In this document: in pieces, positions 12,520-26,800 of the stretch
Layout: each line of letters opens with the position of its first letter
Position numbering within the stretch: position 1 is the first letter of the stretch
Assembly (NCBI GenBank): GCA_964016885.1
Contig: OZ024740.1
Span: 279,496,001-279,560,000 of the forward strand
Length of the DNA stretch: 64,000 bases
Origin: Eledone cirrhosa
Lineage: Eukaryota
Direction: 5' to 3'
Notes under the pieces: model-generated
What the model saw: the letters and a program-made list of their open reading frames with translations, nothing else
Database searches by the model: none
Told to the model about the DNA's origin: nothing
Program-made: the position numbers and the translations under genes

Positions 12520-14290
12520 TATTTGGGGGATCCATTTTTTATTTGGGCGATCCATTTTTTATTTGGCTGATCCAGTTTTTATTTGGGTGATCCATTTTTT
12601 ATTTGGGTGATACATTTTTTATTTGGGGGATCCATTTTTTATTTGGGGGATCCATTTTTTATTTGGGTGATCCATTTTTTATTTGGGTGATCCATTTTTT
12701 ATGTTTTGGATCCATTTTTTATTTGGGGGATCCATTTTTTATTTGGGTGATCCATTTTTTATTTGGGTGATCCATTTTTTATTTGGAGGATCCATTTTTT
12801 ATTTGGGTGATCGAATTTTTATTTGGAGGATGCATTTTTTATTTGGGTGATCCATTTTTTATTTGGGTGATCAATTTTTTATTTGGGGGATCCATTTTTT
12901 ATTTGGGTGATCCATTTTTTATTTGGGTGTCCATTTTTTATTTGGGTGATCCATTTTTTATTTGGGGGATCCATTTTTTATTTGGGGGATCCATTTTTTA
13001 TTTGGGTGATCCATTTTTTATTTGGGGGATCCATTTTTATTTGGGTGATCCATTTTTTATTTGGGTGATCCATTTTTTATTTGGGGGATCCATTTTTTAT
13101 TTGGGTGTTCCATTTGTTATTTGGGTGATCCATTTTTTATTTGGGGGTCCATTTTTTATTTGGGTGATCCATTTTTTATTTGGGGGATCCATTTTTTATT
13201 TGGAGGAGACATTTTTTATTTAGGGATCCATTTTTTATTTGGGGATCCATTTTTTATTTGGGTGATCCATTTTTTATTTGGGGGATCCATTTTTTATTTG
13301 GGGGATCCATTTTTTATTTGGGGGATCCATTTTTTACTTGGGTGATCCATTTTTTATTTGGGGGAACCAGTTTTAATTTGGGTGATCCATTTTTTATTTG
13401 GGGGATCCATTTTTTATTTGGGCGATCCATTTTTTATTTGGCTGATCCAGTTTTTATTTGGGTGATCCATTTTTTATTTGGGTGATACATTTTTTATTTG
13501 GGGGATCCATTTTTTATTTGGGGGATCCATTTTTTATTTGGGTGATCCATTTTTTATTTGGGTGATCCATTTTTTATGTTTTGGATCCATTTTTTATTTG
13601 GGGGATCCATTTTTTATTTGGGTGATCCATTTTTTATTTGGGTGATCCATTTTTTATTTGGAGGATCCATTTTTTATTTGGGTGATCGAATTTTTATTTG
13701 GAGGATGCATTTTTTATTTGGGTGATCCATTTTTTATTTGGGTGATCAATTTTTTATTTGGGGGATCCATTTTTTATTTGGGTGATCCATTTTTTATTTG
13801 GGTGTCCATTTTTTATTTGGGTGATCCATTTTTTATTTGGGGGATCCATTTTTTATTTGGGGGATCCATTTTTTATTTGGGTGATCCATTTTTTATTTGG
13901 GGGATCCATTTTTATTTGGGTGATCCATTTTTTATTTGGGTGATCCATTTTTTATTTGGGGGATCCATTTTTTATTTGGGTGTTCCATTTGTTATTTGGG
14001 TGATCCATTTTTTATTTGGGGGTCCATTTTTTATTTGGGTGATCCATTTTTTATTTGGGGGATCCATTTTTTATTTGGAGGAGACATTTTTTATTTAGGG
14101 ATCCATTTTTTATTTGGGGATCCATTTTTTATTTGGGTGATCCATTTTTTATTTGGGGGATCCATTTTTTATTTGGGGGATCCATTTTTTATTTGGGGGA
14201 TCCATTTTTTACTTGGGTGATCCATTTTTTATTTGGGGGAACCAGTTTTAATTTGGGTGATCCATTTTTTATTTGGGGGATCCATTTTTT
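12520..14290. repeat. Tandem duplication, period 875 bp
   Basis: Offsets 12783/13658, 12883/13758 and 13061/13936 equal 875. The junction is near 13400-13420, where the GAACCAG block jumps back to the GGCG/GGCTG block. Confidence 0.85.
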
Positions 14291-17200
14291 ATTTGGGTGA
14301 TCCATTTTTTATTTTGAGGATCCAGTTTATATTTGGGGGATCCATTTTTTATTTGGGGGATCCATTTTTTATTTGGGTGTTTCATTTTTTATTTGGGTGA
14401 TCCATTTTTTATTTGGGGGATCCATTTTTTATTTGGATGATCCATTTTTTATTTGGGAGATCCATCAAATAAAAAATGGATCCCCCAAATAAAAAATGGA
14501 TCCCTCAAATAAAAAATGGATCACCCAAATAAAAAATGGATCACCCAAATAAAAAATGTATCCCCAAATAAAAAATGGATCCCCCAAATATAAAATGGAT
14601 CCCACAAATAAAAAATGGATCACCCAAATAAAAAATGGATCCCCCAAATAAAAAATAGATCACCCAAATAAAAAAGGGATCCATTTTTTATTTGGGTGAT
14701 CCATTTTTTTATTTGGGTGATTCATTTTTTATTTGGGGGATCCATTTTTTATTTGGGTGATCCATTTTTTATTTGGGTGATCCATTTTTTATTTGGAGGA
14801 TCCATTTTTTATTTGGGTGATCGAATTTTTATTTGGAGGATGCATTTTTTATTTGGGTGATCCATTTTTTATTTGGGTGATCAATTTTTTATTTGGGGGA
14901 TCCATTTTTTATTTGGGTGATCCATTTTTTATTTGGGTGTCCATTTTTTATTTGGGTGATCCATTTTTTATTTGGGGGATCCATTTTTTATTTGGGGGAT
15001 CCATTTTTTATTTGGGTGATCCATTTTTTATTTGGGGGATCCATTTTTATTTGGGTGATCCTTTTTTTATTTGGGTGATCCATTTTTTATTTGGGGGATC
15101 CATTTTTTATTTGGGTGTTCCATTTGTTATTTGGGTGATCCATTTTTTATTTGGGGGTCCATTTTTTATTTGGGTGATCCATTTTTTATTTGGGGGATCC
15201 ATTTTTTATTTGGGGGATCCATTTTTTATTTGGGTGATCCATTTTTTATTTGGGGATCCATTTTTTATTTGGGCGATCCATTTTTTATTTGGGTGATCCA
15301 TTTTTTATTTGGGTGATCCATTTTTTATTTGGGTGATCCATTTTTTATTTGGAGGAGACATTTTTTATTTGGGGATCCATTTTTTATTTGGGGATCCATT
15401 TTTTATTTGGGTGATCCATTTTTTATTTGGGGGATCCATTTTTTATTTGGGGGATCCATTTTTTATTTGGGGGATCCATTTTTTACTTGGGTGATCCATT
15501 TTTTATTTGGGGGAACCAGTTTTAATTTGGGTGATCCATTTTTTATTTGGGGGATCCATTTTTTATTTGGGTGATCCATTTTTTATTTGGGTGATCCATT
15601 TTTTATTTGGAGGAGACATTTTTTATTTAGGGATCCATTTTTTATTTGGGGATCCATTTTTTATTTGGGGGATCCATTTTTTATTTGGGTGATCCATTTT
15701 TTATTTGGGTGATCCATTTTTTATTTGGAGGATCCATTTTTTATTTGGGTGATCGAATTTTTATTTGGAGGATGCATTTTTTATTTGGGTGATCCATTTT
15801 TTATTTGGGTGATCAATTTTTTATTTGGGGGATCCATTTTTTATTTGGGTGATCCATTTTTTATTTGGGTGTCCATTTTTTATTTGGGTGATCCATTTTT
15901 TATTTGGGGGATCCATTTTTTATTTGGGGGATCCATTTTTTATTTGGGTGATCCATTTTTTATTTGGGGGATCCATTTTTATTTGGGTGATCCATTTTTT
16001 ATTTGGGTGATCCATTTTTTATTTGGGGGATCCATTTTTTATTTGGGTGTTCCATTTGTTATTTGGGTGATCCATTTTTTATTTGGGGCTCCATTTTTTA
16101 TTTGGGTGATCCATTTTTTATTTGGGGGATCCATTTTTTATTTGGGGGATCCATTTTTTATTTGGGTGATCCATTTTTTATTTGGGGATCCATTTTTTAT
16201 TTGGGCGATCCATTTTTTATTTGGGTGATCCATTTTTTATTTGGGTGATCCATTTTTTATTTGGGTGATCCATTTTTTATTTGGAGGAGTCATTTTTTAT
16301 TTAGGGATCCATTTTTTATTTGGGGATCCATTTTTTATTTGGGTGATCCATTTTTTATTTGGGGGATCCATTTTTTATTTGGGGGATCCATTTTTTATTT
16401 GGGGGATCCATTTTTTACTTGGGTGATCCATTTTTTATTTGGGGGAACCAGTTTTAATTTGGGTGATCCATTTTTTATTTGGGGGATCCATTTTTTATTT
16501 GGGTGATCCATTTTTTATTTTGAGGATCCAGTTTATATTTGGGGGATCCATTTTTTATTTGGGGGATCCATTTTTTATTTGGGTGTTTCATTTTTTATTT
16601 GGGTGATCCATTTTTTATTTGGGGGATCCATTTTTTATTTGGATGATCCATTTTTTATTTGGGAGATCCATCAAATAAAAAATGGATCCCCCAAATAAAA
16701 AATGGATCCCTCAAATAAATAATGGATCACCCAAATAAAAAATGGATCACCCAAATAAAAAATGTATCCCCAAATAAAAAATGGATCCCCCAAATATAAA
16801 ATGGATCCCACAAATAAAAAATGGATCACCCAAATAAAAAATGGATCCCCCAAATAAAAAATAGATCACCCAAATAAAAAAGGGATCCATTTTTTATTTG
16901 GGTGATCCATTTTTTTATTTGGGTGATTCATTTTTTATTTGGGGGATCCATTTTTTATTTGGGTCATCCATTTTTTATTTGGGTGATCCATTTTTTATTT
17001 GGGGGATCCATTTTTTATTTGGGTGATCCATTTTTTATTTGGGGGATCCATTTTGTATTTGGGTGATCCATTTTTTATTTGAGCGATCCATTCTTTATTT
17101 GAGGGTTCCATTTTTTATTTGGGTGATCCATTTTTTATTTTGGTGATCCATTTTTTATTTGGGGGATCCATTTTTTATTTGGGCGATCCATTTTTTATTT

Positions 17201-20200
17201 GGGTGATCCATTTTTTATTTGGGGGATCCATTTTTTATTTGGGTGATCCATTTTTTATTTGGGTGATCCATTTTTTATTTGGGGGCCCATTTTTTATTTG
17301 GGTGATCCATTTTTTATTTGGGCGATCCATTTTTTATTTGGCTGATCCATTTTTTATTTGGGTGATCCATTTTTTATTTGGGGGATCCATTTTTTATTTG
17401 GGTGATCCATTTTTTATTTGGGTGAGCCATTTTTTATTTGGGGGATCCATTTTTTATTTGGGTGATCCATTTTTTATTTGGGTGATCCATTTTTTATTTG
17501 GGAATCCATTTTTTATTTGGGTGATCCATTTTTTATTTGGGAGATCCATCAAATAAAAAATGGATCCCCCAAATAAAAATCGGATCACCATATAAAAAAT
17601 GGATCACCCAAATAAAAAATGGATCCCCCAAATAAAAAATGGATCACCCAAATAAAAACTGGATCCCCCAAATAAAAAATGGATCACCCAAATAGATAAT
17701 GTATCCCCCAAATAAAAAATGGATCCGCCAAATAAAAAAGGGATCCATTTTTTATTTGGGTGATCCATTTTTTATTTGGGGGATCCATTTTTTATTTGGG
17801 TGATCTATTTTTTATTTGGGTGATTCATTTTTTATTTGGGTGATCCATTTTTTATTTGGGTGATCCATTTTTTATTTGGGAGATCCATCAAATAAAAAAT
17901 GGATCCCCCAAATAAAAATCGGATCACCATATAAAAAATGGATCACCCAAATAAAAAATGGATCCCCCAAATAAAAAATGGATCACCCAAATAAAAACTG
18001 GATCCCCCAAATAAAAAATGGATCACCCAAATAGATAATGTATCCCCCAAATAAAAAATGGATCCGCCAAATAAAAAAGGGATCCATTTTTTATTTGGGT
18101 GATCCATTTTTTATTTGGGGGATCCATTTTTTATTTGGGTGATCTATTTTTTATTTGGGTGATTCATTTTTTATTTGGGTGATCCATTTTTTATTTGGGT
18201 GATCCATTTTTTATTTGGAGGATCCATTTTTTATTTGGGTGATCCATTTTTTATTTGGGTGATCCATTTTTTATTTGTGGGATCCATTTTTTATTTGGGT
18301 GATCCATTTTTTATTTGAATGATCCATTTTTTATTTGGATGATCCATTTTTTGGGGGGAGATCCATTTTTTATTTGGGTGATCCATTTTTTATTTGGGGG
18401 ATCCATTTTTTATTTGGGTGATCCATTTTTTATTTGGGTGATCCATTTTTTATTTGGGGGATCCATTTTTTATTTGGGTGATCCATTTTTTATTTGGGGG
18501 ATCCATTTTTTATTTGGAGGATCATTTTTTATTTGGGTGATCCATTTTTTATTTGGGGGGATCTATTTTTTATTTGGGTGATCCATTTTTTATTTGGGTG
18601 ATCCATTTTTTATTTGGGTGATCCATTTTTTATTTGGTGGATCCATTTTTTATTTGGGAGATCCATTTTTATTTGGGGGTCCATTTTTTTGGGGGTGATC
18701 CATTTTCCATTTGGGTGATCCATTTTGTATTTGGGTGATCCATTTTTTATTTGGGTGATCCATTTTTTATTGGGGGGATCCATTTTTTATTTGGGTGATC
18801 CATTTTTTATTTGAGTGATCCATTCTTTATTTGAGGGATCCATTTTTTATTTGGGTGATTCATTTTTCATTTGGGTGATCCATTTTTTATTTGGGGGATC
18901 CATTTTTTATTTGGGCGATCCATTTTTTATTTGGCTGATCCAGTTTTTATTTGGGTGATCCATTTTTTATTTGGGTGATACATTTTTTATTTGGGGGATC
19001 CATTTTTTATTTGGGGGATCCATTTTTTATTTGGGTGATCCATTTTTTATTTGGGTGATCCATTTTTTATGTTTTGGATCCATTTTTTATTTGGGGGATC
19101 CATTTTTTATTTGGGTGATCCATTTTTTATTTGGGTGATCCATTTTTTATTTGGAGGATCCATTTTTTATTTGGGTGATCGAATTTTTATTTGGAGGATG
19201 CATTTTTTATTTGGGTGATCCATTTTTTATTTGGGTGATCAATTTTTTATTTGGGGGATCCATTTTTTATTTGGGTGATCCATTTTTTATTTGGGTGTCC
19301 ATTTTTTATTTGGGTGATCCATTTTTTATTTGGGGGATCCATTTTTTATTTGGGGGATCCATTTTTTATTTGGGTGATCCATTTTTTATTTGGGGGATCC
19401 ATTTTTATTTGGGTGATCCATTTTTTATTTGGGTGATCCATTTTTTATTTGGGGGATCCATTTTTTATTTGGGTGTTCCATTTGTTATTTGGGTGATCCA
19501 TTTTTTATTTGGGGGTCCATTTTTTATTTGGGTGATCCATTTTTTATTTGGGGGATCCATTTTTTATTTGGAGGAGACATTTTTTATTTAGGGATCCATT
19601 TTTTATTTGGGGATCCATTTTTTATTTGGGTGATCCATTTTTTATTTGGGGGATCCATTTTTTATTTGGGGGATCCATTTTTTATTTGGGGGATCCATTT
19701 TTTACTTGGGTGATCCATTTTTTATTTGGGGGAACCAGTTTTAATTTGGGTGATCCATTTTTTATTTGGGGGATCCATTTTTTATTTGGGTGATCCATTT
19801 TTTATTTTGAGGATCCAGTTTATATTTGGGGGATCCATTTTTTATTTGGGGGATCCATTTTTTATTTGGGTGTTTCATTTTTTATTTGGGTGATCCATTT
19901 TTTATTTGGGGGATCCATTTTTTATTTGGATGATCCATTTTTTATTTGGGAGATCCATCAAATAAAAAATGGATCCCCCAAATAAAAAATGGATCCCTCA
20001 AATAAAAAATGGATCACCCAAATAAAAAATGGATCACCCAAATAAAAAATGTATCCCCAAATAAAAAATGGATCCCCCAAATATAAAATGGATCCCACAA
20101 ATAAAAAATGGATCACCCAAATAAAAAATGGATCCCCCAAATAAAAAATAGATCACCCAAATAAAAAAGGGATCCATTTTTTATTTGGGTGATCCATTTT

Positions 20201-23200
20201 TTTATTTGGGTGATTCATTTTTTATTTGGGGGATCCATTTTTTATTTGGGTGATCCATTTTTTATTTGGGTGATCCATTTTTTATTTGGAGGATCCATTT
20301 TTTATTTGGGTGATCGAATTTTTATTTGGAGGATGCATTTTTTATTTGGGTGATCCATTTTTTATTTGGGTGATCAATTTTTTATTTGGGGGATCCATTT
20401 TTTATTTGGGTGATCCATTTTTTATTTGGGTGTCCATTTTTTATTTGGGTGATCCATTTTTTATTTGGGGGATCCATTTTTTATTTGGGGGATCCATTTT
20501 TTATTTGGGTGATCCATTTTTTATTTGGGGGATCCATTTTTATTTGGGTGATCCTTTTTTTATTTGGGTGATCCATTTTTTATTTGGGGGATCCATTTTT
20601 TATTTGGGTGTTCCATTTGTTATTTGGGTGATCCATTTTTTATTTGGGGGTCCATTTTTTATTTGGGTGATCCATTTTTTATTTGGGGGATCCATTTTTT
20701 ATTTGGGGGATCCATTTTTTATTTGGGTGATCCATTTTTTATTTGGGGATCCATTTTTTATTTGGGCGATCCATTTTTTATTTGGGTGATCCATTTTTTA
20801 TTTGGGTGATCCATTTTTTATTTGGGTGATCCATTTTTTATTTGGAGGAGACATTTTTTATTTGGGGATCCATTTTTTATTTGGGGATCCATTTTTTATT
20901 TGGGTGATCCATTTTTTATTTGGGGGATCCATTTTTTATTTGGGGGATCCATTTTTTATTTGGGGGATCCATTTTTTACTTGGGTGATCCATTTTTTATT
21001 TGGGGGAACCAGTTTTAATTTGGGTGATCCATTTTTTATTTGGGGGATCCATTTTTTATTTGGGTGATCCATTTTTTATTTTGAGGATCCAGTTTATATT
21101 TGGGGGATCCATTTTTTATTTGGGGGATCCATTTTTTATTTGGGGGATGCATTTTTTATTTGGGTGATCCATTTTTTATTTGGGTGATCCATTTTTTATT
21201 TGGGGGATCCATTTTGTATTTGGGTGATCCATTTTTTATTTGAGCGATCCATTCTTTATTTGAGGGTTCCATTTTTTATTTGGGTGATCCATTTTTCATT
21301 TTGGTGATCCATTTTTTATTTGGGGGATCCATTTTTTATTTGGGCGATCCATTTTTTATTTGGGTGATCCATTTTTTATTTGGGGGATCCATTTTTTATT
21401 TGGGTGATCCATTTTTTATTTGGGTGATCCATTTTTTATTTGGGGGCCCATTTTTTATTTGGGTGATCCATTTTTTATTTGAATGATCCATTTTTTTATT
21501 TAGGTGATTCATTTTTCATTTGGGGGATCCATTTTTTATTTGGGTGATCCATTTTTTATTTGGGGGATCCATTTTTTATTTGGGTGATCCATTTTTTATT
21601 TGGGTGATCCATTTTTTATTGGGGGGATCCATTTTTTATTTGGGTGATCCATTTTTTATTTGAGTGATCCATTCTTTATTTGAGGGATCCATTTTTTATT
21701 TGGGTGATTCATTTTTCATTTGGGTGATCCATTTTTTATTTGGGGGATCCATTTTTTATTTGGGCGATCCATTTTTTATTTGGCTGATCCAGTTTTTATT
21801 TGGGTGATCCATTTTTTATTTGGGTGATACATTTTTTATTTGGGGGATCCATTTTTTATTTGGGGGATCCATTTTTTATTTGGGTGATCCATTTTTTATT
21901 TGGGTGATCCATTTTTTATGTTTTGGATCCATTTTTTATTTGGGTGATCCATTTTTTATTTGGGTGATCCATTTTTTATTTGGGTGATCCATTTTTTATT
22001 TGGAGGATCCATTTTTTATTTGGGTGATCGAATTTTTATTTGGAGGATGCATTTTTTATTTGGGTGATCCATTTTTTATTTGGGTGATCAATTTTTTATT
22101 TGGGGGATCCATTTTTTATTTGGGTGATCCATTTTTTATTTGGGTGTCCATTTTTTATTTGGGTGATCCATTTTTTATTTGGGGGATCCATTTTTTATTT
22201 GGGGATCCATTTTTTATTTGGGCGATCCATTTTTTATTTGGGTGATCCATTTTTTATTTGGGTGATCCATTTTTTATTTGGGTGATCCATTTTTTATTTG
22301 GAGGAGACATTTTTTATTTGGGGATCCATTTTTTATTTGGGGATCCATTTTTTATTTGGGTGATCCATTTTTTATTTGGGGGATCCATTTTTTATTTGGG
22401 GGATCCATTTTTTATTTGGGGGATCCATTTTTTACTTGGGTGATCCATTTTTTATTTGGGGGAACCAGTTTTAATTTGGGTGATCCATTTTTTATTTGGG
22501 GGATCCATTTTTTATTTGGGTGATCCATTTTTTATTTGGGGATCCATTTTTTATTTGGGTGATCCATTTTTTATTTGGGCGATCCATTTTTTATTTGGGT
22601 GATCCATTTTTTATTTGGGTGATCCATTTTTTATTTGGAGGAGACATTTTTTTTTTGGGGATCCATTTTTTATTTGGGGATCCATTTTTTATTTGGGTGA
22701 TCCATTTTTTATTTGGGGGATCCATTTTTTATTTGGGGGATCCATTTTTTATTTGGGGGATCCATTTTTTACTTGGGTGATCCATTTTTTATTTGGGGGA
22801 ACCAGTTTTAATTTGGGTGATCCATTTTTTATTTGGGGGATCCATTTTTTATTTGGGTGATCCATTTTTTATTTTGAGGATCCAGTTTATATTTGGGGGA
22901 TCCATTTTTTATTTGGGGGATCCATTTTTTATTTGGGTGTTTCATTTTTTATTTGGGTGATCCATTTTTTATTTGGGGGATCCATTTTTTATTTGGATGA
23001 TCCATTTTTTATTTGGGAGATCCATCAAATAAAAAATGGATCCCCCAAATAAAAAATGGATCCCTCAAATAAAAAATGGATCACCCAAATAAAAAATGGA
23101 TCACCCAAATAAAAAATGTATCCCCAAATAAAAAATGGATCCCCCAAATATAAAATGGATCCCACAAATAAAAAATGGATCACCCAAATAAAAAATGGAT

Positions 23201-23899
23201 CCCCCAAATAAAAAATAGATCACCCAAATAAAAAAGGGATCCATTTTTTATTTGGGTGATCCATTTTTTTATTTGGGTGATTCATTTTTTATTTGGGGGA
23301 TCCATTTTTTATTTGGGTGATCCATTTTTTATTTGGGTGATCCATTTTTTATTTGGGGGATCCATTTTTTATTTGGGTGATCCATTTTTTATTTGGGGGA
23401 TCCATTTTGTATTTGGGTGATCCATTTTTTATTTGAGCGATCCATTCTTTATTTGAGGGTTCCATTTTTTATTTGGGTGATCCATTTTTTATTTTGGTGA
23501 TCCATTTTTTATTTGGGGGATCCATTTTTTATTTGGGCGATCCATTTTTTATTTGGGTGATCCATTTTTTATTTGGGGGATCCATTTTTTATTTGGGTGA
23601 TCCATTTTTTATTTGGGTGATCCATTTTTTATTTGGGGGCCCATTTTTTATTTGGGTGATCCATTTTTTATTTGGGCGATCCATTTTTTATTTGGCTGAT
23701 CCATTTTTTATTTGGGTGATCCATTTTTTATTTGGGGGATCCATTTTTTATTTGGGTGATCCATTTTTTATTTGGGTGAGCCATTTTTTATTTGGGGGAT
23801 CCATTTTTTATTTGGGTGATCCATTTTTTATTTGGGTGATCCATTTTTTATTTGGGAATCCATTTTTTATTTGGGTGATCCATTTTTTATTTGGGAGAT

Positions 23900-26800
23900 C
23901 CATCAAATAAAAAATGGATCCCCCAAATAAAAATCGGATCACCATATAAAAAATGGATCACCCAAATAAAAAATGGATCCCCCAAATAAAAAATGGATCA
24001 CCCAAATAAAAACTGGATCCCCCAAATAAAAAATGGATCACCCAAATAGATAATGTATCCCCCAAATAAAAAATGGATCCGCCAAATAAAAAAGGGATCC
24101 ATTTTTTATTTGGGTGATCCATTTTTTATTTGGGGGATCCATTTTTTATTTGGGTGATCTATTTTTTATTTGGGTGATTCATTTTTTATTTGGGTGATCC
24201 ATTTTTTATTTGGGTGATCCATTTTTTATTTGGAGGATCCATTTTTTATTTGGGTGATCCATTTTTTATTTGGGTGATCCATTTTTTATTTGTGGGATCC
24301 ATTTTTTATTTGGGTGATCCATTTTTTATTTGAATGATCCATTTTTTATTTGGATGATCCATTTTTTTGGGGGAGATCCATTTTTTATTTGGGTGATCCA
24401 TTTTTTATTTGGGGGATCCATTTTTTATTTGGGTGATCCATTTTTTATTTGGGTGATCCATTTTTTATTTGGGGGATCCATTTTTTATTTGGGTGATCCA
24501 TTTTTTATTTGGGGGATCCATTTTTTATTTGGAGGATCATTTTTTATTTGGGTGATCCATTTTTTATTTGGGGGGATCTATTTTTTATTTGGGTGATCCA
24601 TTTTTTATTTGGGTGATCCATTTTTTATTTGGGTGATCCATTTTTTATTTGGTGGATCCATTTTTTATTTGGGAGATCCATTTTTATTTGGGGGTCCATT
24701 TTTTTGGGGGTGATCCATTTTCCATTTGGGTGATCCATTTTGTATTTGGGTGATCCATTTTTTATTTGGGTGATCCATTTTTTATTGGGGAGATCCATTT
24801 TTTATTTGGGTGATCCATTTTTTATTTGAGTGATCCATTCTTTATTTGAGGGATCCATTTTTTATTTGGGTGATTCATTTTTCATTTGGGTGATCCATTT
24901 TTTATTTGGGGGATCCATTTTTTATTTGGGCGATCCATTTTTTATTTCGCTGATCCAGTTTTTATTTGGGTGATCCATTTTTTATTTGGGTGATACATTT
25001 TTTATTTGGGGGATCCATTTTTTATTTGGGGTATCCATTTTTTATTTGGGTGATCCATTTTTTATTTGGGTGATCCATTTTTTATGTTTTGGATCCATTT
25101 TTTGTTTGGGGGATCCATTTTTTATTTGGGGGATCCATTTTTTATTTGGGTGATCCATTTTTTATTTGGGGGATCCATTTTTATTTGGGTGATCCATTTT
25201 TTATTTGGGTGATCCATTTTTTATTTGGGGGATCCATTTTTTATTTGGGTGTTCCATTTGTTATTTGGGTGATCCATTTTTTATTTGGGGCTCCATTTTT
25301 TATTTGGGTGATCCATTTTTTATTTGGGGGATCCATTTTTTATTTGGGGGATCCATTTTTTATTTGGGTGATCCATTTTTTATTTGGGGATCCATTTTTT
25401 ATTTGGGCGATCCATTTTTTATTTGGGTGATCCATTTTTTATTTGGGTGATCCATTTTTTATTTGGGTGATCCATTTTTTATTTGGAGGAGACATTTTTT
25501 ATTTAGGGATCCATTTTTTATTTGGGGATCCATTTTTTATTTGGGTGATCCATTTTTTATTTGGGGGATCCATTTTTTATTTGGGGGATCCATTTTTTAT
25601 TTGGGGGATCCATTTTTTACTTGGGTGATCCATTTTTTATTTGGGGGAACCAGTTTTAATTTGGGTGATCCATTTTTTATTTGGGGGATCCATTTTTTAT
25701 TTGGGTGATCCATTTTTTATTTTGAGGATCCAGTTTATATTTGGGGGATCCATTTTTTATTTGGGGGATCCATTTTTTATTTGGGTGTTTCATTTTTTAT
25801 TTGGGTGATCCATTTTTTATTTGGGGGATCCATTTTTTATTTGGATGATCCATTTTTTATTTGGGAGATCCATCAAATAAAAAATGGATCCCCCAAATAA
25901 AAAATGGATCCCTCAAATAAAAAATGGATCACCCAAATAAAAAATGGATCACCCAAATAAAAAATGTATCCCCAAATAAAAAATGGATCCCCCAAATATA
26001 AAATGGATCCCACAAATAAAAAATGGATCACCCAAATAAAAAATGGATCCCCCAAATAAAAAATAGATCACCCAAATAAAAAAGGGATCCATTTTTTATT
26101 TGGGTGATCCATTTTTTTATTTGGGTGATTCATTTTTTATTTGGGGGATCCATTTTTTATTTGGGTGATCCATTTTTTATTTGGGTGATCCATTTTTTAT
26201 TTGGGGGATCCATTTTTTATTTGGGTGATCCATTTTTTATTTGGGGGATCCATTTTGTATTTGGGTGATCCATTTTTTATTTGAGCGATCCATTCTTTAT
26301 TTGAGGGTTCCATTTTTTATTTGGGTGATCCATTTTTTATTTTGGTGATCCATTTTTTATTTGGGGGATCCATTTTTTATTTGGGCGATCCATTTTTTAT
26401 TTGGGTGATCCATTTTTTATTTGGGGGATCCATTTTTTATTTGGGTGATCCATTTTTTATTTGGGTGATCCATTTTTTATTTGGGGGCCCATTTTTTATT
26501 TGGGTGATCCATTTTTTATTTGGGCGATCCATTTTTTATTTGGCTGATCCATTTTTTATTTGGGTGATCCATTTTTTATTTGGGGGATCCATTTTTTATT
26601 TGGGTGATCCATTTTTTATTTGGGTGAGCCATTTTTTATTTGGGGGATCCATTTTTTATTTGGGTGATCCATTTTTTATTTGGGTGATCCATTTTTTATT
26701 TGGGAATCCATTTTTTATTTGGGTGATCCATTTTTTATTTGGGAGATCCATCAAATAAAAAATGGATCCCCCAAATAAAAATCGGATCACCATATAAAAA

